Assembly (NCBI GenBank): GCA_030141605.1
Contig: JAQGDQ010001270.1
Coordinates: forward strand, 1-50,770
Reading direction: 5' to 3'
Length of the DNA: 50,770 bases
From: Tubiluchus corallicola
Taxonomy: Eukaryota > Animalia > Priapulida
Under the pieces are notes generated by a model. That model was not told the DNA's origin and did not search any database. It worked only from the letters and a program-made list of their open reading frames with translations. Shown piece after piece: positions 27,346 to 41,941 of this stretch (within the stretch, counting starts at the first letter, position 1; every line of letters begins with the position of its first letter). The translations under genes and the position numbers were made by a program.

Positions 27346-28749
27346 TGCACGTGGAAAGTAACTACAAATATGAACAATTTACTAAGTAAGTATAGTGGTT
27401 TGACATAATATGCCATCTATACCATTGATTAAAGAATGAAACCTCTGTTACCGTGTGTGCGTGTGCGTGTGCGCGTTTGTTACTTGCTTGTGACCTGCTT
27501 TATTCGTTTATTATAAGCATAATGCAGCACAAAAAATGACTATTATACAGCACATAATCATCATACTATGCAGCACAAAAATAGGCACATTTCAGCACAA
27601 TTTTGATTTTTATCCAACATAACATACTGCCATATAATCAGAAAACTGTGCAAAATAATGATAATATTGACTGCTATACAGCACACAATTAATTATCATA
27701 TAAACATAATACAGTAGAAAAATAAGCATAATTGCAAAACTACAAAACAAACCGTGAAAGACAAATCTGTCGAAATACACAGCTCAACATTTTAAACTTC
27801 GATAAGCGACTGAGTTGTGGATTGCATTATTAATTATTAATGAGAAAAACTAACATTCTGCAAAGGCTGTATGTGATGGTGTAATGTTTTACTGTGTGAC
27901 TGGTTATGATCACAAACATGAAGAACATTTTTAATAAAACTAGTATTACTTGTAACCTTAATTTCGAATGCTTAAGCTCTGTGTTTTCTAGGCATTCACG
28001 ATAGAAGGAAAACAACTACATACGTGATCTGTAACTTTGTATAGCTGGTAACTCGCTTCACATCACACGCAGGTTGATGCGTCAGCATCGCTACCTCGGC
28101 GGATTACGCTTTTACCATTCTGAGGCTACGAGAGTGATGAATCATTATTGCTGCAGTTTTAAATTTAGTATTCTTAGTTATCAGTTATTACTGTCATTAT
28201 TGTGAGAACTTGTACGAATTTATTTTGCTCACATCTATTGTACGGATTTGATCACATCTTTTTTTTATGTATTCTCTTTTCATGTACATGAATAGCAATT
28301 AGTAAACGTACATCAAGGCTTCTTTCATTTATAGCACTAAGTAGCCGTGAAACTTACCAGAACATTGTATAACGTGTAGCCTAGTCCCACAAAAAATTAT
28401 GTAACTGTTCAGGCTATCTAGTGCTGTGTCACTTAGGTAGTTCTGCTGGTAAACTTTTTTTTAATAAAGGGGACGTGTATTTTGTGTCGCTGTTTACACT
28501 TAATGACATTGCTAATCTGGCTGAATCAGGTCTCGGCAGGCTTTCTCATACCGACCTCCTGCTTGACCGGGACGGTCAAGAGTGGGGGGAGGATTATGTG
28601 CTGAACCGGCAACAGTGCATTATACGGTTCTATTCATAGGCACCATGCCAGCCAACCTACAGGCAATGTTATGACCTCCACTTTAAACTAGGAAGCCCAT
28701 AACATTACCTGTGATTGGTTGAGCAGTGGTTTCCTTTCCTGAGCAAATT

Positions 28750-28900
28750 CCTTTCAGCGTTTAGTTAAACACTCAATAATGAATACTCGACTACTGGACT
28801 TGTGGAGCAGGTCCTTTCAGCGTTTAGTTAAGCACTCAATAATGAATACTCGACTACTGGATTTGTGGAGCAGGTCCTTTCTGGGCTTAGTTAAGCACTC
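28750..28900. repeat. 63-bp tandem repeat, about 2.4 copies
   Basis: CCTTTCAGCGTTTAGTTAA.CACTCAATAATGAATACTCGACTACTGGA.TTGTGGAGCAGGT starting at 28750, 28813 and 28876. Confidence 0.9.
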
Positions 28901-29445
28901 TGTGACGTCCGTGACGTCAGTCTGGAATATAAGAACTACCGAGCAGCATTGCAACCCCTTCTAATATAGTAGAACTGTATTCTAGTATGATTTTGTGTAT
29001 GTCCCATACTTAGGCTGCATTAATAGCTTAAGTTAGCTAATTACTTATGTTAATTAAATGAGTCATTAGTTAATTACTCATTAAGCGAATTTACCTACTG
29101 CAATAAAGCAAGTTGTGACTGTACATATATGAGCATGCACCTAGTTAGCTCTGGGAAGGGTCCCACCTCATACCTGTCCTAGATCTCTTTTACAAGAAAG
29201 TAAATGATTGGTCATACGCCCAACTGAACAGGCTATCTGGCCAACGAACCGTCGTGTTAAAGGACAAGGTCACCCAGTTTTACCTGTTCTAGAAATTGAA
29301 ACCAGGTTCAACACAGTGTGTCGAACGTGCTAAGCCAGTGAAGTCGTCGAATATGGCTTCCGACGAACATATATTAACAATCGAAGTCAAGACTTAATTA
29401 CTGTGGCGACAGAAAGTGATTAAAGGGCACTGACACACCAAAGGG

Positions 29446-29830
29446 TTAGGTGTTCGAGCCGTGAGGCGGAAACACCAATAAACTGGCTGTTATTCGTTAT
29501 TCACATTCTCTAGAAATAAGAGGTATAAGTCTTGCAATTTTTTGCAAAAAACGGCCGAAAATGGGCATTTTTGGAGGTCTTTCACCTCCCGTTCCTCCTG
29601 GTGGGCCCGATTCGAAAACTTAACACCCAATGGGACCACACTAGATCGAGACCTTTCGTTTGAAATACAGGTCGCCGCAAATGGTGCCGTCGTCGGTACT
29701 GTAGCCTCGAAACTTGCTTATTTTAAGTCCATACCAGCGAAATTAATATATACGTCGTATTTTAACGGTAGAATTCCCTACGACAAATTGTCCTTGTTCC
29801 GAACACGTGCTGCCATCTGTTGTCGACTTA
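29446..29830. mobile_element. GC-richer non-autonomous element with terminal hairpin (Helentron/HINE-like)
   Basis: Hairpin GGTGTT-cgagccgtgaggcgga-AACACC at 29449-29476, followed by TGTTATT and an internal TAGATCGAGACCTTTCGTTTGA motif; non-coding. Confidence 0.4.
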
Positions 29831-30089
29831 CTTAAACACATCTTAGCTGTACAAATATACTGAGTTCTCGCAAGGTCTAAAGGCTATGGAAAACATTCAC
29901 GAGTTCACGATGACTATTGATTCATACGTCTATGTTGTCCAAATCATGTGCTAATTTAAACATAGTTAGTTAACATAGTACTTTAGTTATCATAGTTAAG
30001 AAAGTACATTTAACAGTATATACTTCCTATTTGATGTTGTTTAGTTCTGTGCTTTATTATGGGCTGTGTTATAAAATACAAAATGCAAG

Positions 30090-30740
30090 AATTACTTTAC
30101 ATGCTCCTTGCTGTCTTTACTTCTCCTGAACTTTCTTTACTTCTTTACTTTCTTTACTTCTCTTTTAATTTCTTTACTTCTCTTTTACTTTCTTTACTTC
30201 TCCTTTGCTTTATTAACTTTTCTTTTCTTTGCTTTCCTTTTACTTTCTTTAATTTTTCTTTACTTTTTTATTTTTGTTTTACTTTCTGTACTTCTCTTTT
30301 ACTTTCTTTACGTCTCTTTTACTTTCTTTATTTCTCCTTTGCTTTCTTTGCCACTCTTACTTTCGTTACTAATTTTACTTTCTTTACTGCTCCTTTACTT
30401 TTTTACTTTTCTTTTACTTTCCTTGCTTCTCTTTTACTTTCTTTACTTTTATTTTCTTTACATTTGTTTTACTTTCCTTAATTTTGTTTTACTTTCTCTA
30501 CTTCTTCCCTTTGTTTATCGCTCTTTACTTTCTTTACTTCTCTTTTACTTTCTTTTCTTCTCTTTTGCTATCTTTTCTTCTCTTTTACTTTCTCAATTTC
30601 TCCTTTACTTCTCTTTTACTTTCTTTACTTCTTCTTTGCTTCTTTTCTTCTCCTTTGCTTTTTTAATTGTCTTTTACTTTCTTATTTCTCTTTTACTTTC
30701 TCTACTTCTCCTTCACTTTCGTTACTCCTCTTTTATTTTC
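30090..30740. repeat. Pyrimidine-rich low-complexity repeat built from TTTACTTTC/TTCTCT units
   Basis: About 650 bp almost devoid of G; explains the F/L-rich ORFs. Confidence 0.9.
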
Positions 30741-31377
30741 GCGCCTGCGCATGGAGGCACGAGACAGACAAATTTCCATTATTGGTTTTTACAGAAAGTT
30801 ACAGTGAACAATCCCATGTGGATTAAATGATTAGTTAGCAAGACCTAGTTCGCTTCAAACATTTCCTTTTCGTTATTTAAATGAGCATTCTTCAAAAAAT
30901 ATTGGAATTACCGAAAATCCCAATGCAGCACAAGTCTAATTCACTTTAGATGTGAGTGAAACTTCAAAATTAATTGCAAATGGCATTACGAATTTGTTGC
31001 GCTGGTTTGTGTGGTTACAGCGCGATTAAAAAATGCAGTAATTAAAATTTTATGTTAGGTTTAAAGAACAACCATCTGTTACGGGACGCACTTTTTTGGC
31101 TAGGCAGACCCTGCAATTGTAAAACACACAAGTTAATATATTACCTGTTTTAGTCTTCATTTTTCGCACATATGTACTTATATGTCAGTAATCAAAAACC
31201 ATGTTTTTTCATCGGTACTTTCAACTGCTTCTGCACATAATAAAATAAACCTTGTTTTTGAAAAATTGGGTACACCTGACACTACCTTGGGTACACTATG
31301 TATGATTTATTGTGTACTTTCTGTGTGAAAATGATCGCAATTAATAACTTTTGAAACAAACAACATGAACAAAGCTT

Positions 31378-31434
31378 GGATTAGAACCGGGGACTTTAGA
31401 TTGCAATCCTGGCGACCACTAGACCACACAGCTC
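31378..31434 (-). mobile_element. tRNA-derived SINE head (Pol III A and B boxes)
   Basis: Minus strand reads GAGCTGTG-TGGTCTAGTGG (A box)...GGTTCTAATCC (B box). Confidence 0.5.
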
Positions 31435-31649
31435 CTTGTGATGAAGCTGTACCCTAATTCAATCTTAATAACTTTACAACTATTTCTCCAACCAGACGTA
31501 ATAGAACTGTGTCTTTTCCTCTAGTTAGAAGTCCTTTCTAAAGAACTTCTTCCACAATCATACGATTTTTGTGAATGCAACTCACGGCCAGACAAATTGT
31601 GCTATCACTACTGAGTCGCGCGCAATACATTGTGAGATTCTACTTTCTC

Positions 31650-32070
31650 TTCAGATTGAGAATCGTGATGAGATCATCTGTTTGAAATCTGACGAGTTCG
31701 TTTGTTGCTTAGGGATGTCAGCTTTAGACGCAGCAATTCAATTATTTAAGGACAAGGTCATCAATTAAGAGAAAATTTAAACAAAGAACAAATGCTCGAA
31801 ACTTGTTTTGATATATAACGGCGCCTTCGGGCTGGCGAGTTCTCCTCTGAGAGTAAACTCACAAGTGTGAACAGCTTTGCGAGAACTGTCGCGAGTTTTA
31901 CTGAGTGTGAACTCGCGCCTTCTGTCGGAGAGAACTCGCAACAACTCTCGGAGAGTTTGCGAAAACTTGTCTTGCCGACAGAATTCGCAAAGCCGTTGAC
32001 ACTTAGGAGTTTACACTCAGAGCGAAAACTCACTAGAGAAAAATCGTTAGTCTGAATGCTAGTCTGAAAG
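31650..32070. mobile_element. MITE-like element related to 37479-37651
   Basis: Ends TTCAGATT...TAGTCTGAA (the latter duplicated). Shares CGGAGAGTTTGC.A..ACTTGTC...GACAG with the 37.5 kb copy. Confidence 0.5.
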
Positions 32071-33020
32071 TAAAGAAACTTAGCTAATACACTGTGTATT
32101 GTAGCAAAAAGGTCACAAAAAATGAATTTATCATATCATATCAAGGCTAAATTTAGCTTTGCAGAACTGCTGTTCCTGCTAAATGGTTAACGTCTTTTTT
32201 TGTACAAGGTTATTTGGCTGTTTCGGTTTGGTAAAATTTCTCAGAAATGAGCTGGACTAATGACTGAGGGTCAATCAACCTGCGTTACATAACAGTCACA
32301 CTTTATCAATTTTGTGTTTGACTGTAAATCTCTGACTAACAACTTGTAACGAAATACAAGATCTTTAACTAGTTGCACTCCTTGCATTTCTGACAGAAAT
32401 CTTGTTTTCTACTTCATTTTTTATCAAAGTCTTGACTGCAACAAGCTTGGACTGCTGTACACTATTAGAAAATTACATCGTATCTTCTGCTAAACTAATT
32501 AAAGCTTAGATGGGCATGTTCATATCCAATTTACGACAACGTAGACTAAATAATTCATGTAACATAATCACTAGTTTATCGTCGACTGAAATTCTGTAAT
32601 TGAATTACAAACTGTTGCTGCAACAGTTAATATAGAATTAAACAAATCTTAAACGAATTATGGTCTCTTAACAGTTTCGCTCTAGCACAAAAATTATCGT
32701 TGCCGCAGGAGAGTTTTTTTAACAAGATTTTGTTTGATTTATTAAATCGCGAATTTTCCCTTAATGCGGAAGTAGTAACAGAAGTTCGACAAAGAAAGAT
32801 TTGTGAAATAGAAATGTAATTTTTCTCCATATTATTTAATCTTCACATCTCTGATTTACAAAATAAAGAATACAAGTTTGTATCATTATGGAGGAGTGAT
32901 TATATCTAAATTTACCCTTAAATTTCTATGGACACATCCTAAAAATTTGACAGATATTTGTGGTAGAAAAGATTTCACTGTTTTATTTAGTTATTTAATT
33001 GTTCATAGTAGGAACCACAA

Positions 33021-33055
<35 letters not shown>

Positions 33056-36000
33056 TATATAAATAATATTTTCCTTAGTCAATTCCTTTGTTCTGATGAA
33101 GATACCGTATATCTAAATGAAATTTATGCTGAAATATACTTGCTGTGTGTGTGTTTTGCTCTAGTCTTTTTGTTAATATATATATCTATACATAAATGTA
33201 GACCTTATCAGCAATTTAAACTATGCGTTTGGCCAGCAGTGTTTGAGTAACAGAAATATGCAGTTCTGATGAACCAGGAACATTAAGATAAACTTTATTA
33301 ACAACCGAGTACTCAAGATTTTGTAATATTGTAACTAAATGAAACACAGACATTCAAACTGCTCTGAGCTGATGTGTCATATTTTCAATCTATTGGATTA
33401 ATAAAAATAATAATAATATATTTCATCAGTAAATGGGTAAGGATGTGAAGGCAGAGAATTCCCATAAGACTTGCTGTATTGTAAAAAAACTAGCGTCCTT
33501 CCCAAACAATATGGATTACAATTAAGTTTTTTTTATAAATAATATTTTTTTAATCTTGCTTGTTCGCACAGGCTTACATGTTTTTGTAAAAAATTGGTTG
33601 ATACTTGACGTAAAACATTTCATATTATTAGGCAGCAGTCATCTTTACAATATAGTAAGCTTAGAGGCACTCTCTGTCTCCACATCCGTAACCGATGCGA
33701 AGGGTTACAGGTGCTAAGCTGAGAAAGAACAAGTATCGTGTTTGAAGGTTTTCACGTGACATACCATGCTGCAGAGTTTTGCCCGCAGCCTGGGTTATTG
33801 CTGCAACCAGTCAGCTTAAACAGCTAAAGTGTTCGAAACATGGATGCTGCTTTTTTAAACTCAAATGTTAGTTAGTCAATATTTGTACTAATTTGGATAT
33901 GAAAGTTTATTCTTAGACTAACCGCTTGCTGCCCTGAAAGAACCTATCACTTCACGATGAAACCTTGTTGCTTGTAACGTTAATCCTTTAATAGCATTGT
34001 AAATAACTATAAATAAGAAATACGTGGCTGAAAACATTTCACTTACTTTAAACACGTTTGCTGTTGCTGTATTTGTTATAATCGTTAGAAAAGCAAGCTG
34101 GCCATGTCCACTAGTAACAGTATCGTAGGTACTTCTGCGTACCATTCTTTCTAACTAGGGTAAATATTTTAAATTAGCAATAAAAAATGTAAAACTTCAA
34201 GAATGATGTTTCAAACCTTTTCACGTAAGGAAAAAAAACTAGACACAACAATAACGACATCGCTATGTTATCGAGGTGACCACACATCGGAGTGAAATAA
34301 CTCTGCTTGATGAACCTCGGAACAACATTATACAAATTAAACTTTGATTTGATCATTTTATTCATTATCAATTAGTGATCGTGTCAGTTGATCATTCATT
34401 GTCAACAATCTGCTATTTTTGTGTCTGCGTTGACTGCGTCAACTTAGAATTTCTTTATCTGCAAAACTTTATCTAATTGAACGCCCATCACACTACAGTA
34501 TACAGTTTAACGACTGTCACAGAATATGCTTGATGTGCGATAAATGCCACTACTACTGCTTTTGAATTACCGTACTACTGTAAGTAATTAACATTAATTG
34601 TGTAAATAATTAATTTACAGATTTTTGTCGACTTTTAGATACGCATGTAAACTTGCCAGCACGTAGTATGTACCGGGCTGATTACTTAGTTTATAGAATT
34701 CGCTCTGCAAGTTAAAAAAGATTCTGAAGCACCTGGTAGGTTAAAGTGTTTATTTTACATGGAAACGTGATGACGTCATTTTTTATCTAAAATCAACGCC
34801 CCCAAGCGTAAAGAATCACGACTTTAAATTGATTTCACTAATTACACGAGACGCTTATCAAAATTTTATTGCTGAAACTTTCTAGCATATGAAGATAAGT
34901 TCAACATTCCGAGAGACTTGACTTTTCCTTTAAATATTTAGACCAACTGACAGGTAGTTTGGCGAATCAGAAACACGTAAATATTAGAGTGAAAGTTTTA
35001 TATGAACTTCATTACTAAATACCGTTATTGACAACAATGTTGAAAGCGTGTCAGTATTTTGCTATGTCAAATTATACGTACTCGTAATATACAAGTCTCT
35101 ATAGCCTTATTTTCCTTGAACGTTTTTACAAGAGTAAATTACTAAATACCGCTAATGCCTACAGGGTAGGAAACGCGTCAAGGTCTCCCCGCTCAAGAGA
35201 AGAAAGAATATATATATATATACAGCACGTCAACTTACTAATAGACTACTCTATTCAGCGGTAAATTCAGAAAGGTAAAAATCAACTTATTAATACGGTA
35301 ATGCGGTCAAGACACGGTTCTCTTGAACAATTTTCAAGCAAATCAGACTAATGCCATAATAAAAAAAAATTAAACTCATTTGGCACCACATTAGCGGGGG
35401 GGGGGGGGGAGTTGCTGTAATTATAATGTTTAAACTCTGTAAAAAATTGTTTACTTTTAGGTTTGAACTAGTTTCTTTAAAGCAAAACCGAACCTAATCT
35501 TAAACTGTATGTCAAAGCAATCTATTCTTTAAAATAGTGAAAGGAAACAAACTATTTTTTCAGGAATGACTTATGTGAAAGAATTATTACCACACAAACA
35601 CAATTTCACGTTTCCCCCCCCCCCCCCATTCTTCACTGTTACATGCATTTTCCTATTTGCTAGCTAGACTGGCACTAGCGTCTGCATTTCGGAAACGCAT
35701 TGCAAAAGAGTACCTCTCAATTTAGATGTGTTAGTTTGAGACGTACTGCATACATTGGAAAGCTCATACGTGAATATCTTACAGTAGCACTGTACTTAAA
35801 TTTTCGCTTTCGCATACACGCGTAAGACGCTCGTGGAATATTTTTGCTCTTGAAAATTATGTTAGTTTGTGATGTCACAAGAAGTTGGTCTCGCCAGGAG
35901 TAAATTCAGATTTTAATCTATTAGAAACGCTTTTCCAGTATTATTGGTGTTAAAATGTATCAGGGAAGCTGGTGAAAAATCATCCTGCCTTTCTTTAAAT

Positions 36001-37478
36001 TTTAAGATGATTGAAAATGAACAAGGTGAGACGGTGACAGTCGAAAAGCTCAGTCCACAAACTGAATGTAAAAGAAACAAAGATTTTAATCGCATTATTT
36101 TCATGATAGTTTTTCATCACAAGCAGGTTTGATTTGCATGCAAAATGCTACTGTAATAAATAAATGCCCATCACGTGACTCAATATTTCAATAATAAACA
36201 ACAATAAGCTCTGAAATCCGAACAATAATAAATAAAAAAGATCAGAAAATAAATTTAGCAAAAAGTTACTACTGCTGCTGCTGCTACTGGCTGCATTTGT
36301 TTACAGTTTACTAGAAGACAAAGACGTCTTAATTAGTTACTTTTAGCAGATAATAAAAAGTGAAAACGTGGACTAGTTTGTGCGATAGACAGATGACCAA
36401 TTTTGTAAGTAGAACAAAAATAGATTTGTTTTCTATACACGTCCAGCAACTTTACCCTGGGGAAAAAAATTCGTGTTTTCTTTTAAACTGTCTTACGTTC
36501 AATAACACCTTCCACGCCTGTCACAGTTCTGCAATGAAGAACGCAATCAGTAATGAAGCCTAGTTTTCCAATGTGTCGCAAAAATCTTCTTTTGTCTACG
36601 GACTTAGTAAGACGATCATCTGGGTCACTAAGCCCTGAATCTTGCTATTTAAACTTTGCTGATGTATTACTAAGCTACTATTTGAGCCAAGTACAAGTGC
36701 TTTTATTAATATTAGACAATTGTTTTATTAAAATTTACAATGAAAATGCAAGCCATACTAGTAAGTATAATATACAATCTATTTTAAGTAAAAATAGTAC
36801 AATAAGTAAAAAAATTCTTTATGTTAAAAGTACTTGTTTTGCATGTTGCACAGTGAATTTGTTATTCTTACAATTATTCGCTCACTCAATCATGTATTTC
36901 ATTCATCGTGCACACTTTTTTCATCTCTTCTCTTTTTCAAATTTCAGTCATTTTAAACTGTTTATTTCTATATTTGGACTAATATAATTTATGCTTAGTT
37001 AGTCGGTCACTTTAATGTCAATTTAGAGTTTGTATGAAGTATTCGGACCATTTTGTTATAACAAATACTAGGCAAATTTCGTCAGTTTGACAGGTTGATT
37101 CGTTCTTAATTTGCAAACTTTGTTCTTAATTTAATTTCAAAGATTAAATGACGTCAAATATGAAGTTAATTTTGGACGTTGAATTTTCATTTTGCTTACG
37201 TCACGCACAACTTACGATTTTTGTCGTTTTGAATTTTGATTAGTCAAATGAAACCCCGTTCCAGGATGATTAAACAAACCTCGTTCCAGGATGATTAAAC
37301 AAATTCGTTTATATGATAATGTAAATCGATATTGTAATTAAATGCAAAACATGCAGAAAGTGTTGCTTGGTTTTTGTAAAGTTCCTTTATACTTTCACGC
37401 TGAAATAGTTTGTATTTATTTTGTGTACTTAACTTGTCTTGTACTTTCATAAATGAAAAAGTCATTATTCAGGATACA

Positions 37479-37651
37479 GAGGGTTCAGGCTAGTGAGTTT
37501 TCATGCCAAGTAACTCGTCAAGTAACTCACAAGCCTGGACTCACAGTAACTGTCGGAGAGTTTGCAATGACTTGTCGACAGTAACTCACACAGTAGTTCA
37601 CACGCTTGCGAGTTTGCTGTTAGAAAGAAAACTTTCTAGTCTGAACGCGCC
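37479..37651. mobile_element. Short MITE with terminal inverted repeats (PIF/Harbinger-like, tentative)
   Basis: GTTCAGGCTAG ... CTAGTCTGAAC inverted termini, 1 mismatch in 11. Confidence 0.55.
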
Positions 37652-37804
37652 GTAATACATTCTCACACTTGACATCACACATAAATAGGCCAAGTAAATA
37701 AATTTAATTTCTAAACAAATTTATTTTCCATCACGCACAGGCAATAATCAAAAACAAGTGTTCATATAAAAATCATGTACTATAAAACAATCATTAAATG
37801 TGCA

Positions 37805-38056
37805 TGTACTTGTGTGCTTTATATTGTACTAACCATGTACCTTAAATTCTGTACTTTTAATTTATTTGCTTGTACTTGTGTGTTTTATATTGTACTAACC
37901 ATGTACCACAAATTCTGTACTTTCAATTTATTTGCTTGTACTTGTGTGTTTTATATTGTACTAACCATGTACCACAAATTCTGTACTTTCAATTTATTTT
38001 CATGTACTTCTGTGTTTTATATTGTACTAACCATGTACCATGAATTTTGTACTTTT
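37805..38056. repeat. 66-bp minisatellite, about 4 copies
   Basis: Unit TGTACTTGTGTGTTTTATATTGTACTAACCATGTACCACAAATTCTGTACTTTCAATTTATTTGCT. Confidence 0.9.
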
Positions 38057-38342
38057 AGCTGTAATTTTACTTTCTATACACTGTCGATACATTTAACGAT
38101 GTTTTTATGGACATCAAAGTCTCATGACTTCTGTTCATAGATGTATCATAAGTAAAAAAATAAAAAATAGAATAAAATAGATATCTTTATGTTTCGTTGT
38201 TGCGTAAGTGAAATTCTTGTAACTATATTTTGTAAAATGTGTAATTGTACTTGTAATATTATAATAACATCATAATTTATTTCAATTGCAATTTATTCAT
38301 TTTAGTTAATTTTCGCTTCATACAAAATTATTAATTTTTCAG

Positions 38343-38442
38343 GTTCTGACAGTTTTGCTGACCCTCGTCAGCAGTGATGGTCAGTACCATGTCAACTTTC
38401 TTGCCCGGAAGGTTGACGAAGCCGAAAGGGATTTAGAAAACG
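38343..38442 (+). CDS. Pentraxin gene A exon (end of signal peptide + N-terminal segment); ATG exon not located
   Basis: VLTVLLTLVSSDGQYHVNFLARKVDEAERDLEN; TTTTCAG| and G|GTAAGA; phase 0-1. Confidence 0.7.
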
Positions 38443-39232
38443 GTAAGAAAAAATATCTTAATTAGCCAGGCCCTAATCGATTAGAGATAGGGAGATACCT
38501 ACTCCCCCCCCCCCATGATGCGTTTCCTCCAATATTAGAAAGAAATTTATGTGCTTACTGACCAAAATAGAAGATATTCTTTCGCAGTAAACGACTTGTA
38601 TTGCACGCTTCTGCTAAACAGTGGTATAACGATGGTATAACAATTCTAATGACTCCAGTTCGGGCGAGCCATTAGTCAAAGGGTTGTCTGTTGTACAAAA
38701 GCACCCTACGACCTGTGGAGAGACAGTTGGGTGAATAGTGGGTCCATGTGTTGAGATTTCCCTAAATCATCAAAGGTAAATTACATCCTGGGATGCTTCT
38801 TAAGTGTAATAATTAGAGCCTTCACGTCTGCCATAATTAGGCTTCCCAGACGTATAATTGCTTTATTAAAGGTGGGTTGGATAGGTACTGGACAGCCCCG
38901 TGGAATGTACCCCACCTGCATGAAAAATAGTACACGGAATAAGATGTTGTGAGCATTCAAGAAAGACAGGATGATTTTTCATATACAACCCAATTTTCAA
39001 GTCGGATAAAAAGTTTAGATTTTAACACAAATAACACTGCAAAAAAGTTTCTGATAACTAAATAATAGATTGAAATCTTATTTAACGACGAGAGAGCCAG
39101 CTAATGATGACGTCACAAACGAACATAATTTTTAAAACCACAAACATTCCACGAGGGCATTGCACTTGTTTGCGAAAGTGAAAATTGAAGTACAGTGCTA
39201 CTGCACTGTGCACAACATTCAGTCTGATTTAC

Positions 39233-39592
39233 AAAAAACTAGGTAAGTTTTAAGATAAAAATTCAAGTTTCAAATTTACCGCTGTACTGACGCATGAGTT
39301 CTCGAACGGTGTGTAGTTCGTCATAAACTAACACATCTAAACTTGAAGGTACAGCACCCGTTTTTTGTGCAATGCTTTTGCGACATGCAGGCGCTAGTGC
39401 CCATCTAACTAAAGAATGGCGAAATACATGTAAGAGCGAAGAACTAGTGGCAATGAACGTGAAATTGTGTTTATATGTTAACAACTCTTTTGTCTATGTC
39501 ATTCTTGAAAAAATAGAATGTTTCATTTCAAAATTTTAAAGAGTAGTTTGTTTTGACCTGCAGTTTAAGACTGGGTCCGGTTTTGCTGTAAG
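39233..39592 (+). mobile_element. Dispersed repeat family, copy 2
   Basis: Collinear similarity to 21343-21592. Confidence 0.7.
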
Positions 39593-39874
39593 CAATGTAG
39601 CTTAGACATTGGTTTTTCTATGCTAAGCTTGATCAAGCTTTTGCAAAAGATATGCTATTTAAATTTTTACATATTTTTCTAATATATAATCTACATTGAT
39701 CCGAATATGTAAACGTTATATAGATAGGTTCAAATATTCATTAATAAGCAAAAAGTGATAAATAATATAAACTGTGATTATTACTAACTCTGTCAAGATG
39801 ATTATTTTATTAATTAAAATTTCATCACAATAGATTCTCCCATATTTATTTATTCAACGATATATTTTTTACAG

Positions 39875-39999
39875 AGCTGGTACCTTGTGAGGAGAGTCCC
39901 AACAGTTTTGACCTCACCTGGGATTCTACTTTGCAGGAGGCTGAAGCGCGTTTTCTACTAAGTGGTGCTGGACCACTGAGCGAATTCACTTTGTGTATG
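39875..39999 (+). CDS. Pentraxin gene A exon
   Basis: ELVPCEESPNSFDLTWDSTLQEAEARFLLSGAGPLSEFTLCM (pentraxin LxxFTxCxW); TTTACAG| and ATG|GTGAGT; phase 1-0. Confidence 0.85.
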
Positions 40000-40721
40000 G
40001 TGAGTATGAACAGCCAACGATGTTTCTCTTGTGTTAATTAAAATGTGTTATACGTTTTCTTATTATCAAATACAGACATACAAATAACTGGAACTTATTA
40101 AGAAAAGAAAGTTTATCTATGCACCCTAATACGTTTTCTCTTAATGTACAAAGAAGTTCAATTCCTATAAGTTTATTTTCAAGCACCTAGTTATTTGTTA
40201 CTGTGTCAATTTCTTTTCTTCAGCCCTGCTTATTCATTACCTCATGTGACTTCTGTTAACTACTTAATTAGTGCATAATAGGCTCTGCCTATATGAACTG
40301 GTTATGTGCTTGTAAATTTACCACTGATGATTACAGCAGGTAGTCGAAACGTTTGGCATAATTTTAATTTTTTAATAAACTTTTTTGTTTTTGACAATAA
40401 ATACTTTTAATTTCCTGTAATAAAAATGCAGAATCAGTTGAATCGATTATAAGGTTTGAAATCAGAAAAAAGTCGATCCACGATCCAGATATCAATGAAG
40501 CTAAAATCAGCTGTCAAAGGAGAGATTGCGTCTGCAACAGCGCATTATTTTCGTTTTTTTAACTGAAAAAGAAGAAGAATTTCTACGTTTATAAATGTCT
40601 TTATTCCGAACAAAAGACTTTAGTGAAGTGAAAAATTTTCTTAGACTTTTAATCAACAAACAAACAAATATAATATTTCTGCAGGTATATAATTAAGATT
40701 CTTGATTTATCCAGGGCTATA

Positions 40722-41310
<589 letters not shown>

Positions 41311-41385
41311 ATGTCACTGAATCAGAATCTTACCACAATTTTTGATACAGTCACAAACGTACATTAGTTTTTTTGGTTTTCGTAG

Positions 41386-41504
41386 TGGTTGAAGCCTGAT
41401 CCTCCTGCCGATCCAGATGACTTTTCGATGCTTGCTGAGTCATTTCAATTTAATCTTTTTATCCAAAACGGTGATTTATCCTTCACTGTAGATGGTACTA
41501 CCAT
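41386..41504 (+). CDS. Pentraxin gene A exon
   Basis: WLKPDPPADPDDFSMLAESFQFNLFIQNGDLSFTVDGTT completes FTLCM|WLKP; TTCGTAG| and AT|GTAAGT; phase 0-2. Confidence 0.85.
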
Positions 41505-41651
41505 GTAAGTAAATTTAAATTGTAGCTGAGCGCATGCGTACATCCAGCTTCTCGTGACTACTGTTGGGCAATTTCACATGTACCGCTGCTACAGAACGCA
41601 GATCAAACAACTGATCATGCGCATGTCTATAAAAGATGTTTTTTCAGGAGG

Positions 41652-41790
41652 GTGATTGACTGACTGATTGACTAACCAACTAACCGATTGACTGACAGAC
41701 TCATTGACCACCTGACTGACTGACTAGCCAACTGACCACCTGGCTGACTGATTAGCAACCAGACTGGCTGGCTTATTGACTGACTAATTA
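41652..41790. repeat. Degenerate (TGAC)n tetranucleotide repeat
   Basis: TGATTGACTGACTGATTGACTAACCAAC... Confidence 0.8.
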
Positions 41791-41941
41791 ATACTATTAT
41801 TATTAGTAGTATTGTTGTTGTTGTTGTTGTTATTGTTGTTGCTATAGTTTCCTATAAGCAAAAACCATGCTAAATATTCATGCATAAAATGCTTTTGTTG
41901 GGTTTGGCTAGTTGTTTTATAATTATTTATATGATTTTCAG

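Noticed and set aside
30059-30830. F/L-rich membrane-protein-like ORFs
   Set aside because: Low-complexity pyrimidine tract; no domain or splice support.
37775-38140. 121-aa Cys-rich ORF
   Set aside because: Translation of the 66-bp minisatellite.
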